A DNA stretch of 64,000 nt from Bdellovibrionales bacterium (GTDB lineage Bacteria > Bdellovibrionota > Bdellovibrionia > Bdellovibrionales > UBA1609), in NCBI GenBank assembly GCA_050246815.1, contig JBFWVI010000008.1:1973-65972 (forward strand), given 5' to 3'. The translations under genes were made by a program, and so were the position numbers. The notes beneath the pieces were generated by a model. It was given only the letters and a program-made list of their open reading frames with translations, was not told the DNA's origin and did not search any database. Shown here one piece after another: positions 55,943-64,000 of the stretch (its first letter is position 1; the number at the start of each line of letters is the position of its first letter).

Positions 55943-57246
55943 CTTTTTTGCCAGGTATGGCGGTGGCTGTCGACATGCAGCTTCGCGCCCAGGCGCTGAA
56001 AGACAACTCCTAAGCCCAATAGAGTTCGATGCACCAGGGTCAGGCCCGTGCTGAAGTTCTGCAGCTGGGGATTGAATAGCTGCTGCGAAAATATCTCATG
56101 GCCCCGTCGTACAAAATCAGGTTGAGTCTTGAAATCAAAGCTTTCCTGTGCCAGCAAGGTTTGAATCCAGTCCAAATAGGGCTCGACCGCTTGCTCCAGC
56201 AGCTGGCGGTTTTGTTCAACGCCGCCGGGGGCCACTTGCATGCCGCGCTTTTCATATTGCTCAAGCAGCGGCGTACGATCATCTCCTTTCGAAGTTCGCC
56301 ACAGTTGAGTATAGAAGGTGACGTCTTCTTGAGGGATTATTTTGACCGCGCCGAAGTCGATCACGGCAATACGGTCGTCTTCGGTGATTAGGAAATTGCC
56401 TAAGTTGGGGTCCACATGCAGGCGCTGCCACTGAAACACGCTGCGAGTGAAAAAGCTGAATAAAGTGTTGGCCACTTTGTCGATGCGGTCTTGCGAAGGG
56501 TGGCTGAGCAACCACTGATCTAAATGCTGGCCCGATACAAAATCCATGGTCAAAACGGTTGGGCAGGTCAGATCGGCGTGGACTTGGGGGATGAACATGG
56601 TGGGTGGCAATGTCTGTGCGCGAAACCAATTTGAATGTTCTTGCTCGACCATGTAGTCGACTTCTTGGCGCAGGCGATCTTGCAATTCGTCCAGGATGTT
56701 GATCAGCAGGCCGGTGTTTGCAAAGGGCTTTAAAAGTTTACGGGCCAAGGCGAAGTCATTGACGATACTTTCGTTCATACCGGGGTATTGCACTTTGACG
56801 GCCACCCAGGTGCCGTTTTTAAGTTTTGCCCGGTGAACTTGGCCCAGGCTGGCTGCGGCCAGGGCGTCGGCTTCGAATTCAGCAAACACCAAAAGGGGAT
56901 CTTGCCCCAGCTCGCGGCGTAAAACCGTGCGCACCAGCGCGGCAGAAAGCGGCGACACTTTGTATTGCGCCTGCTCGAACACTTTCATGTACTCTTCGGG
57001 CAGCAATCCGGTTTCGCCGCAAAAGAGTTGCGCCAGCTTCAATGCTGTACCACGCAATTGGCTTAAGCCTTCAAAGATCATCTGCGCGATTTCAAGATTT
57101 GTGCGCTGCCTTAATGTTTGTTTGTCTTCGGGTTTTAGGAACACCGATTTGACACCGCTCGAGATTTTTTTGCTCGCGACACGGCCGGCCACTTTGCCAA
57201 TTACTTTGCTGCGAGCGAGAGATGTTTTAGGGGGACTTTTTGCCAT
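55936..57246 (-). CDS. ABC1/UbiB/AarF-family atypical kinase
   Basis: ALKLAQ, AAASLGQVHRA, VAVKVQYPG, HVDPNLGNF and IDFG motifs. Confidence 0.93.
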   Translation of the reverse strand: MAKSPPKTSLARSKVIGKVAGRVASKKISSGVKSVFLKPEDKQTLRQRTNLEIAQMIFEGLSQLRGTALKLAQLFCGETGLLPEEYMKVFEQAQYKVSPLSAALVRTVLRRELGQDPLLVFAEFEADALAAASLGQVHRAKLKNGTWVAVKVQYPGMNESIVNDFALARKLLKPFANTGLLINILDELQDRLRQEVDYMVEQEHSNWFRAQTLPPTMFIPQVHADLTCPTVLTMDFVSGQHLDQWLLSHPSQDRIDKVANTLFSFFTRSVFQWQRLHVDPNLGNFLITEDDRIAVIDFGAVKIIPQEDVTFYTQLWRTSKGDDRTPLLEQYEKRGMQVAPGGVEQNRQLLEQAVEPYLDWIQTLLAQESFDFKTQPDFVRRGHEIFSQQLFNPQLQNFSTGLTLVHRTLLGLGVVFQRLGAKLHVDSHRHTWQKSY

Positions 57247-57319
57247 TTCGAGCCAAAACTAAAGGTTTACTTTAACGCTACCTGATTTATCCTAAGAAGG
57301 GAGCATTTAAGAGTCGCCT

Positions 57320-57559
57320 ATGGATCAGATTAAAACCTTCGTCGAAGATCAGATGCGTCATGTTTTGGAGCAGCAAACACTGCCCCTGAACGAAGAGACG
57401 ATTTTGACCGGCTTGCCGGGCTGGGATTCGGTCAAAATGCTCAGCTTGCTTGTGACAATCGAAAAGAAATTCAAGGTGACTTTTCACGCCCGCGAAGTGA
57501 CCAACCTCAAAACTCACGGCGAACTGTTGCGTTTGGTCGCTGCCAAGATGGCCCAATGA
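57320..57559 (+). CDS. Acyl carrier protein
   Basis: GWDSV phosphopantetheine site and IEKKFKV. Confidence 0.9.
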   Translation: MDQIKTFVEDQMRHVLEQQTLPLNEETILTGLPGWDSVKMLSLLVTIEKKFKVTFHAREVTNLKTHGELLRLVAAKMAQ

Positions 57560-59463
57560 ATGCCGAAAAGATTTTAAACACGGCTTTTTTGATCCGCCGG
57601 ACCGAAGAAAAACTTCTGGAGCTGTTCACCCAAGGCAAGGTGCATGGCACGATTCACACCTGTGTCGGTCAAGAGATGGTCGGAGCTTGTCTGGCCGAAC
57701 ACTTAAGCGCGAGCGACTACGTGTTTTCGAACCATCGCGGCCACGGCCATTATTTGGCGGTCACCGGGGATTTGCCCGGGATGTTGGGTGAGCTACTGGG
57801 TCGAGGTATGGGTGTTGCGGGCGGCGTCGGTGGCAGTCAGCATTTGCAAAAGGGCCGCTTTTTTTCAAATGGTATTCAAGGCGGTATCGTGCCTTTGGCT
57901 GCCGGAGCCGCATGGGGAGCCAAGCTGGAAGGTAAAAAATCCATTGCTGTGGTTCTCGTAGGGGATGGCACTTTGGGTCAGGGTGCGATTTATGAGACCA
58001 TGAATCTGAGTGCACGTTGGCAATTGCCACTTTTGATTGTGAACGAAGACAATGGCTACGCTCAATCGACCAGCAAGCAGGAAACTTTTGCCGGCGATTT
58101 GAGGGCAAGAGTGCAGGGCTTTGGGTGCAGTTATGCCCAGGGTGACACCTGGGACTGGCCAACGCTGCACCAAATTTTTGCGGATCAGATCCAGGCGCTA
58201 CGCGCTGGCGGGCCGCCGTGCTTCATCGCGGTTCGCACCTATCGGTTGAAGGCACACTCAAAGGGCGACGATTTACGTGATCCGCAGGAGGTCAAAAGGT
58301 ACTTTGACCTGGATCCATTGCAAAAACTATTGAGTGCAAAGGATGCTGTGGCTTTGCATGCCGATCAAAAAGCCAGCAACGAAATTGAAAAACAAATTCA
58401 GAAAGTTTTAGCCGCCCCCGTCGCACAGCCACCGGCACTGGCGGCTTATCAAACACCAAAGTGGTTTCCTTGGAAATCTGGCCCAGAGGGGCTGTATGTT
58501 GAGGCTTTAGCCGAAGCCTTTCAGCAGGTTCTGGCCAACCATCCTCAAGTTTTGTTTATTGGCGAGGATGTGCAGGACCCTTACGGCGGATGTTTCAAGG
58601 CCAGCAAGGGCTTAAGCAGCCGGCAAGCTCAGCGTGTGCGCAACACGCCCATCTCTGAAGCCGCGATCAGCGGGGTGGGCACCGGTGTCGCTTTGGCGGG
58701 GTATCCGTGTTTTGTCGAGTATATGTTTGGCGATTTTTCGGCCTTGGCTTTCGACCAGATCGTCAATCATGCGGCAAAGTTCGATCAGATGTATCCCGGC
58801 GTGAAGGCCCAAGTGATATTCAGAACCCCCATGGGGGGCGGGCAAGGGTATGGCCCCACCCACAGTCAAAATTTAGAAAAACATTTTTTGGGCGTTCCGG
58901 GTCTGCAAGTTTATGCGATGAACGCCATGGTGGATCCTCGTCTTTTCTTGGATGATCTTGTCAAAAGACAGTCGGGGCCCGTCTTGCTGATTGAAAATAA
59001 AAAGCTTTATTTGCAAAAGACCGTGGCCAGCATCGATTCGATGTGGCAAGTGCAAACGCAAAAAGACAGCTGGAACGTCCGCTTAAAGCCCAAGGCGGGC
59101 CCAGCGCAGGTGAATCTGGTGGGGCATGGAGCCTATGCCACGATCCTAATGAATGCCGCAAAGACGCTCTTCGTAGAACACGAAATTTTGTGCAGCTTGT
59201 TTATCGCCACGCGCTTGTCAGATTTTGATTTGCGCGAGGAATTGCAGGAATGGCTGGGAACGCCCGTCCATTTGCTGTTTGAAGAGGGCCAGGGTTACGC
59301 CAGTTTTTCAGCTGAAGTTGCGGCGCAGTTGGCCGAATACGGCGTCAAGGCGAGACGGTGGTTTCCGCCCGCACGCGTGGTGCCGTCGGCGCCGTCACTT
59401 GAATCTGAATTTCGCTTAAGCGAGGCCAAAGTGATCGCGGAATGTCTTGAGGTGTTGCAGTGA
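57556..59463 (+). CDS. Fused 2-oxoacid dehydrogenase E1 alpha/beta (ThDP-dependent)
   Basis: HTCVGQE, NHRGHGH, GDG...EDN, HS, IGEDV, TPISE and GPTHSQ motifs. Confidence 0.92.
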   Translation: MNAEKILNTAFLIRRTEEKLLELFTQGKVHGTIHTCVGQEMVGACLAEHLSASDYVFSNHRGHGHYLAVTGDLPGMLGELLGRGMGVAGGVGGSQHLQKGRFFSNGIQGGIVPLAAGAAWGAKLEGKKSIAVVLVGDGTLGQGAIYETMNLSARWQLPLLIVNEDNGYAQSTSKQETFAGDLRARVQGFGCSYAQGDTWDWPTLHQIFADQIQALRAGGPPCFIAVRTYRLKAHSKGDDLRDPQEVKRYFDLDPLQKLLSAKDAVALHADQKASNEIEKQIQKVLAAPVAQPPALAAYQTPKWFPWKSGPEGLYVEALAEAFQQVLANHPQVLFIGEDVQDPYGGCFKASKGLSSRQAQRVRNTPISEAAISGVGTGVALAGYPCFVEYMFGDFSALAFDQIVNHAAKFDQMYPGVKAQVIFRTPMGGGQGYGPTHSQNLEKHFLGVPGLQVYAMNAMVDPRLFLDDLVKRQSGPVLLIENKKLYLQKTVASIDSMWQVQTQKDSWNVRLKPKAGPAQVNLVGHGAYATILMNAAKTLFVEHEILCSLFIATRLSDFDLREELQEWLGTPVHLLFEEGQGYASFSAEVAAQLAEYGVKARRWFPPARVVPSAPSLESEFRLSEAKVIAECLEVLQ

Positions 59464-60473
59464 ACAAACCGCTGACGGTCCCACGTTTGAATCCGAACGA
59501 CAACGAAGTCGAATTGGCAGTTTGGCACAAAAAGACCGGTGATAAAATTTCGGTGGGGGATCCCATCTGCGATTTTGCGACCACCAAGGCGGCCTTTATT
59601 TTTGAAGCTGAGAGTGAAGGTTATCTGAAGCAAAAGGCGGCAAAATCGGCGCGCTTAAGCGTCGGGGATGTGTTTGCCGAAATTTGCGCAAGTGTCGAAG
59701 AGGCCCAAAAAGTCGACGTCAAGCCGGCGGCTGCCGCATCAATCGCCACGACATTCACCCGCAAAGCGCTGCAGAAAATGCGGGAGCTGGGTTTGAGCCG
59801 TGATGACTTTCAAAATCACGCCTTCGTCACAGAAAAAACTGTGCTTGAAAGGACCAAGGGCGGTGCCGGCGGTTTGTCGATCTTGAAAGAAGCCGAGATC
59901 GCCGCTTTGAATATGAGTGGAGCAGCCTTGCGCAGCTCTTTGACAATGTTGGCGTCTGCCAAAACTTTGAAAGACATTTCGAGCCGTACCAATGTGTCGG
60001 TTCAAGCCTATATAGCCTGGGCGACGGCTCAGACACTTCAAGAAAAAGCGCGCTTTTTGAACCGCTTTCCCGCAAGCGAGTCCACCAAAACATCCGTGGA
60101 TCTGGGCTACGCTTTGGACATGGGCACGGGGACGCGCTCATTCTTGGCTAAAGACTGCCAAACATGGAGCGCAGAGCGCTGGGGCGAGCAGGTGGTGGAT
60201 TGGGGTATGCGTTTATTGCGCAATCAAATCCGTCTTGAAGAGCTGGGCTCGGGGGATTTCACGCTGACCGATTTAAGCAGCGAAGGGATTTTTTCGTTTG
60301 AACCACTGTTGGTGGCCGGACAGTCGGCGATTTTAGGGGTGGCGGGTGAGCTGGGCGGGGGTGAGCCGCGTGTTTCGCTGACTCTGTCTTTTGATCACCG
60401 AGTGCACGACGGGCGGCAGGCGGCGCAGTTTTTAAAGGCAATGAGGGCAAAAATTGAAAATCCCCAGTCTTAA
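59460..60473 (+). CDS. Divergent E2 acyltransferase (lipoyl domain plus shortened catalytic domain)
   Basis: ATTKA lipoyl-Lys site and FDHRVHDG catalytic motif. Confidence 0.85.
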   Translation: MNKPLTVPRLNPNDNEVELAVWHKKTGDKISVGDPICDFATTKAAFIFEAESEGYLKQKAAKSARLSVGDVFAEICASVEEAQKVDVKPAAAASIATTFTRKALQKMRELGLSRDDFQNHAFVTEKTVLERTKGGAGGLSILKEAEIAALNMSGAALRSSLTMLASAKTLKDISSRTNVSVQAYIAWATAQTLQEKARFLNRFPASESTKTSVDLGYALDMGTGTRSFLAKDCQTWSAERWGEQVVDWGMRLLRNQIRLEELGSGDFTLTDLSSEGIFSFEPLLVAGQSAILGVAGELGGGEPRVSLTLSFDHRVHDGRQAAQFLKAMRAKIENPQS

Positions 60474-61587
60474 ATTTTCATTTGTTTATTTTTCGTCATT
60501 TGTGGCGGTCTTGTTTGTGGTGAAGATCTTGCTGCAGGTGCTGGAGCCATTCAATGGCACTAACAACATGTGGACCAAGGATCGCATCCGTCAGTCTTTG
60601 CGGGCGCTTGACCAGTGTTTACGCCAGCCGCCTGGGTCAGGTGTCGTGCTTTTTTTAGGAACCTCGGAAATTGAAGTCGGTTTTGACCCGCGAATCTTTG
60701 ATCGAACTTTAAATCGTTCGACTGAAACGCTCAACTTGGCCGTGCGCAATGTGGGTAATTTCATGCCGCTTTATTTGGCCCGGGTGCGCCAGGAATTTTT
60801 AAAACATTCGGCCAAAGCAGATGTGATCTTTCTGCACATGCCAATTTCTAGAATGACAAAGAGGGCGCGCAATTCGGCATCCGAAGGCAACAAAACGCAC
60901 GATTTGCCGACGGTCTATTTTGACCAAACCGTAGCTGGAAATTTTGAGGCCAGTGCCTATGAGCTTGGGTTTTTCTTCTTCAACAAATACTTTTTGGGTG
61001 AGCGAAGCTTAAGTCAGATGACTTATTTATTGCGCCGGCCTTTGCGTGGATGGATGGCCCAGCAAGGAGCGGCGGCAACGGCACGCATTGATCTTTGGAA
61101 TCGCGCAGACCTGCATCCCCAACCCGCTTGGGAACCCAAGACACGCGGACATTTTTATTGGAACCTCGAAAATGAGGGTGCGATGTTGCAGGGGGTGTTG
61201 CAGGCCATACCGCCAGAAACCGCACTACGCAGTTCGATTGCTTTTCAAAAGACCTGCTGCGATTTTGTCGATTTAAATATTGATTGGCAGTACGTCGAAC
61301 AGGTGCGGACTTCTCTGATCAGGCTGAAAGAGGTGACTCGGCATCTGATTTTGATCCATTTGCCTGAACATCCGGGTTTCAAGCGCAGCGAAGATTCTTT
61401 GATCAATATGGCATTGGTGCTTAAGCGTCTGCGCCAAGACACGGGTGTGGAGCTGTGGGAAACACAAATGTATGAATCTTACGGGCCGGAGCACTTTATT
61501 GACGTGGTCCATTTTTCGCCGTTAGGGGTTCGTCACTTCTCGGAAGAGCTGGCGAAATCGGCCATAGACCTTTTGCCGACGGAATGA
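60454..61587 (+). CDS. Membrane-anchored SGNH-fold protein (DltD/AlgJ-like)
   Basis: N-terminal TM, FLGTS, NLA and DVVH (DxxH) motifs. Confidence 0.7.
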   Translation: MKIPSLKFSFVYFSSFVAVLFVVKILLQVLEPFNGTNNMWTKDRIRQSLRALDQCLRQPPGSGVVLFLGTSEIEVGFDPRIFDRTLNRSTETLNLAVRNVGNFMPLYLARVRQEFLKHSAKADVIFLHMPISRMTKRARNSASEGNKTHDLPTVYFDQTVAGNFEASAYELGFFFFNKYFLGERSLSQMTYLLRRPLRGWMAQQGAAATARIDLWNRADLHPQPAWEPKTRGHFYWNLENEGAMLQGVLQAIPPETALRSSIAFQKTCCDFVDLNIDWQYVEQVRTSLIRLKEVTRHLILIHLPEHPGFKRSEDSLINMALVLKRLRQDTGVELWETQMYESYGPEHFIDVVHFSPLGVRHFSEELAKSAIDLLPTE

Positions 61588-61591
61588 CCCT

Positions 61592-63007
61592 TTAGAATTG
61601 GAAATATAAGAAGCTTTGGTTGTCGAATTGACCCATGGCCAAAATTAAAACGGTTAAAACCGCATAGGCCAAACTGAGCTTACGCCACGACGCCGCAGCG
61701 GCCCTGTGCAAATAATCCCTGGCCACGGCATTGACCAACAAGATCAGCAAGCCCACAACCGCCAGCTTGGCTGAAATCATCACATCTTGCGGCACTCGCA
61801 GCGCAAAATCCAGGCTGGTCAAAGCCGAGGCGATTTTGTTCAAGACAAGGCCCGCGCTGTTGACCGATTCCGCGCGAAAAAAGATCCAACAAAATGTCAC
61901 TAAATGAAAATTCAAAAGCACCAGGATCGCCGTAGCTGCAGGGCCGCGCAGTTGACTCAGATGGCGATTGAAGATTCGGTAAAGGCTATAGATCACGCCG
62001 TTGAGCAGGCCCCAAATCAAGAAGGTCCAATTGGCTCCGTGCCAAATTCCCGAAAGTACAAAAACCAAAATGATGCCGACATCGGGCCCCCAGCCGGTGG
62101 GCCATCGGCGCACAAAGGGGTAATAAACGTATTCAAAGAACCACTGGGACAGGCTGATATGCCAGCGCTTCCAGAATTCGGGCAGACTTCTGGCCAAATA
62201 GGGGCGCTCAAAATTTTGCGTCAGTTGCACGCCAAACAGCAGCGAACTGCCCACAGCGATATCCGTGTAACCGGAAAAGTCACAATAGATTTGAAACGAG
62301 AAAGCATAAACGCCAAGGATCATCGTGAGCGGGGTCTGAGAGGCGGGGTTTGAAAACGCCATATCCACAAGAGGCGCCAGATTGTCCGCGATGACGATTT
62401 TTTTAAATAGGCCCCACAGCAAAATCACCAGGCCGCTGCGGATCTGCGCAAGCGTTGGCGCGTGGATGATATGCAGTTGTTTTAGCAAAGTCGCCGCCCG
62501 TTCGATCGGGCCGGCCACCATTTGTGGGAACCAGGCAATGAACAGGGCAAATTGAAAAAAGCGTCGCTCGGCCTTTTCAATCTTCAGATAGACGTCGGTG
62601 GTGTAGCTCATGGCTTGAAAAGTGTGAAACGAAATTCCGATTGGCAGCACGATGTCGGGTAGCGTGAATTGCGTGGTCGCCCCTTCCCACGCCAAAAACC
62701 AGTTCAGTTCATGGGTTAAAAACAGCAAATATTTGAAGAAGATAAGTGAACCCAGGTTGGCGGCCAACGACATCAGCCAAACAATCTGGCGCACCCGCGG
62801 ATTTTTTTGGTTTTCGATCACGATGGCCGCAAAATAGTCGAACACGGTCAGTGCGATGATGACCAAAACGTACTGAGGCTTCCACGCCATGTAAAACAGG
62901 TAGGAAGCGGCCAGCAAAAAGTGCACGCGCCAGCGCGAAGGCAGCGAATAGGTCAAGCCGAAGACGAGGGGCAAAAAAAACAGAAAGGTTTGGCTGATAA
63001 AGCTCAT
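61592..63007 (-). CDS. MBOAT O-acyltransferase (AlgI/DltB-like)
   Basis: LPIGISFHTFQ, AGPIER, QIYCDFSGY, FWKRWHISLS and GIWHGA motifs. Confidence 0.95.
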   Translation of the reverse strand: MSFISQTFLFFLPLVFGLTYSLPSRWRVHFLLAASYLFYMAWKPQYVLVIIALTVFDYFAAIVIENQKNPRVRQIVWLMSLAANLGSLIFFKYLLFLTHELNWFLAWEGATTQFTLPDIVLPIGISFHTFQAMSYTTDVYLKIEKAERRFFQFALFIAWFPQMVAGPIERAATLLKQLHIIHAPTLAQIRSGLVILLWGLFKKIVIADNLAPLVDMAFSNPASQTPLTMILGVYAFSFQIYCDFSGYTDIAVGSSLLFGVQLTQNFERPYLARSLPEFWKRWHISLSQWFFEYVYYPFVRRWPTGWGPDVGIILVFVLSGIWHGANWTFLIWGLLNGVIYSLYRIFNRHLSQLRGPAATAILVLLNFHLVTFCWIFFRAESVNSAGLVLNKIASALTSLDFALRVPQDVMISAKLAVVGLLILLVNAVARDYLHRAAAASWRKLSLAYAVLTVLILAMGQFDNQSFLYFQF

Positions 63008-63045
63008 GAGCTTCTATATTAGGGGCCGGGCCTTTAAAAATCGAG

Positions 63046-63786
63046 TTAGTCTTTTTCTTGGTTCAAAAATCGCGACTTACGTTGTTTTTGCGAATCACTT
63101 AGGTCCGTCATCTGATCGACGGCTTTGATAAAGTGCTCGCGGGCCAGAAAATAAACTAAATCGACCACGCGACTAAGCAGATTGGACTTTAAGAGCTCGT
63201 TCAACAGACCTAAACTTTTGTCTAACATCTGCAATGTGCGGACCGATTTTTTGCTGTCATCGTTCAGCCAATAGTAGGTCATGCCCAAATGAAAATCCCA
63301 AAGCAGTTCACAAAACACTTGGGGGCCGGGTGGTTTGGGGAATTCCTCGACTTCAATGGCGGCATCCAGTAGGCGACCGACAAATTCAAGATGGAGTTTG
63401 CGCTGTTCGGCTAAATAAGTAAAAGAACCAGAAAGAGTGGTCAGAAACAGTTGCTTAAAAGCATCTTGCACGAAGGTTTTGTGTTTTTCGAATTCCGAAA
63501 TCTGCGCATCGAATAGCAACTGCAACTGCTCGGTGAAACTTAAAGTTGTGAAGTCGGGCAGGGCCTGCACTTTTTTGATGGCTTCGCGCAGGCTGGTGGC
63601 GAAATACTCCACCAAAAGGTGATCTTTGGTGGGGTAGTACTTGTAGATGACAGGCTCTGAAAGTCCCGCGCGCTGGGCGATTCGGCGCATGGTGGCCGAC
63701 TTCAAACCCTCTTCACTCATCAGATCAAGCCCGGCCTGCAGCAGAGCTTGACGGTTGAGTTGTTTTTGTTCGCGCGAGATTTTCAT
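63046..63786 (-). CDS. TetR-family regulator
   Basis: ATMRRIAQRAGLS...YKYYPTKD HTH; C-terminal YWLNDDS. Confidence 0.9.
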   Translation of the reverse strand: MKISREQKQLNRQALLQAGLDLMSEEGLKSATMRRIAQRAGLSEPVIYKYYPTKDHLLVEYFATSLREAIKKVQALPDFTTLSFTEQLQLLFDAQISEFEKHKTFVQDAFKQLFLTTLSGSFTYLAEQRKLHLEFVGRLLDAAIEVEEFPKPPGPQVFCELLWDFHLGMTYYWLNDDSKKSVRTLQMLDKSLGLLNELLKSNLLSRVVDLVYFLAREHFIKAVDQMTDLSDSQKQRKSRFLNQEKD

Positions 63787-63787
63787 C

Positions 63788-64000
63788 TTATTGTCTTGCC
63801 AGCGACATTTGGCCGTTGACGTCCATAATGGTCACGCCTTGTTTTGGCGCGTGATAGTAACCCGAAATGCTGCCGCCCTCTTTGGTGGCATTGGGCAGCG
63901 AGCGCGAAGTGCCGCGGCGAACAAGTAAGGTGGCCGTTCCCTCACGCAGTTTCATCAGCTCAGCGGGCGAAAAAGTAGCGCGCTGATTCGAGTAGATTGC
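63788..64000 (-). CDS. Hypothetical protein, C-terminal part (truncated by window end)
   Basis: 71 open codons ending at TAA 63788, directly upstream of the tetR start. Confidence 0.55.
   Translation of the reverse strand, partial: AIYSNQRATFSPAELMKLREGTATLLVRRGTSRSLPNATKEGGSISGYYHAPKQGVTIMDVNGQMSLARQ

Noticed and set aside
30-63622. Numerous short antisense or overlapping ORFs in the six-frame track
   Set aside because: Shadows of well-supported genes, lacking RBS or motifs

Overview
A gene-dense chromosomal window from a flagellated bacterium, most consistent with Bdellovibrionota (inferred from four short ~276-aa flagellins, the flgK-flgL-csrA-fliW order and Bdellovibrio-style Cys-rich minor pilins). 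It contains flgI(partial)-flgJ-flgM-flgN-flgK-flgL, csrA-fliW, three prepilins beside a split membrane/spermidine-synthase-like pair, prmA-rsmE-RDD-rfaE2 and meaB. Next come four sigma28-driven flagellin genes, flaG-fliD-fliS-fliT-like, and a sigma54-type TPR/Maf-N/2xGT9 operon with a two-component pair. The rest is rsmD-coaD-aspC, ssb, pal-cpoB-tsaD-rsmA-smpB, an ABC1 kinase, an ACP/E1/E2/SGNH/MBOAT acylation cassette and a TetR. I saw no rRNA, tRNA, CRISPR array or transposase. The main unexplained signal is non-coding: the flagellin UTRs carry mutually complementary, loop-displayed elements. The fliC2 and fliC3 leaders match each other at two antiparallel sites (15/15 and 10/10 nt). The fliC3 and fliC4 3' UTRs share a covarying two-hairpin motif complementary to their own Shine-Dalgarno and to a position-conserved leader loop. 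This suggests an RNA-RNA pairing network coordinating flagellin paralogs. All pairings were found by eye; no folding or database search was run. fliC1-4 are positional labels for this window only.
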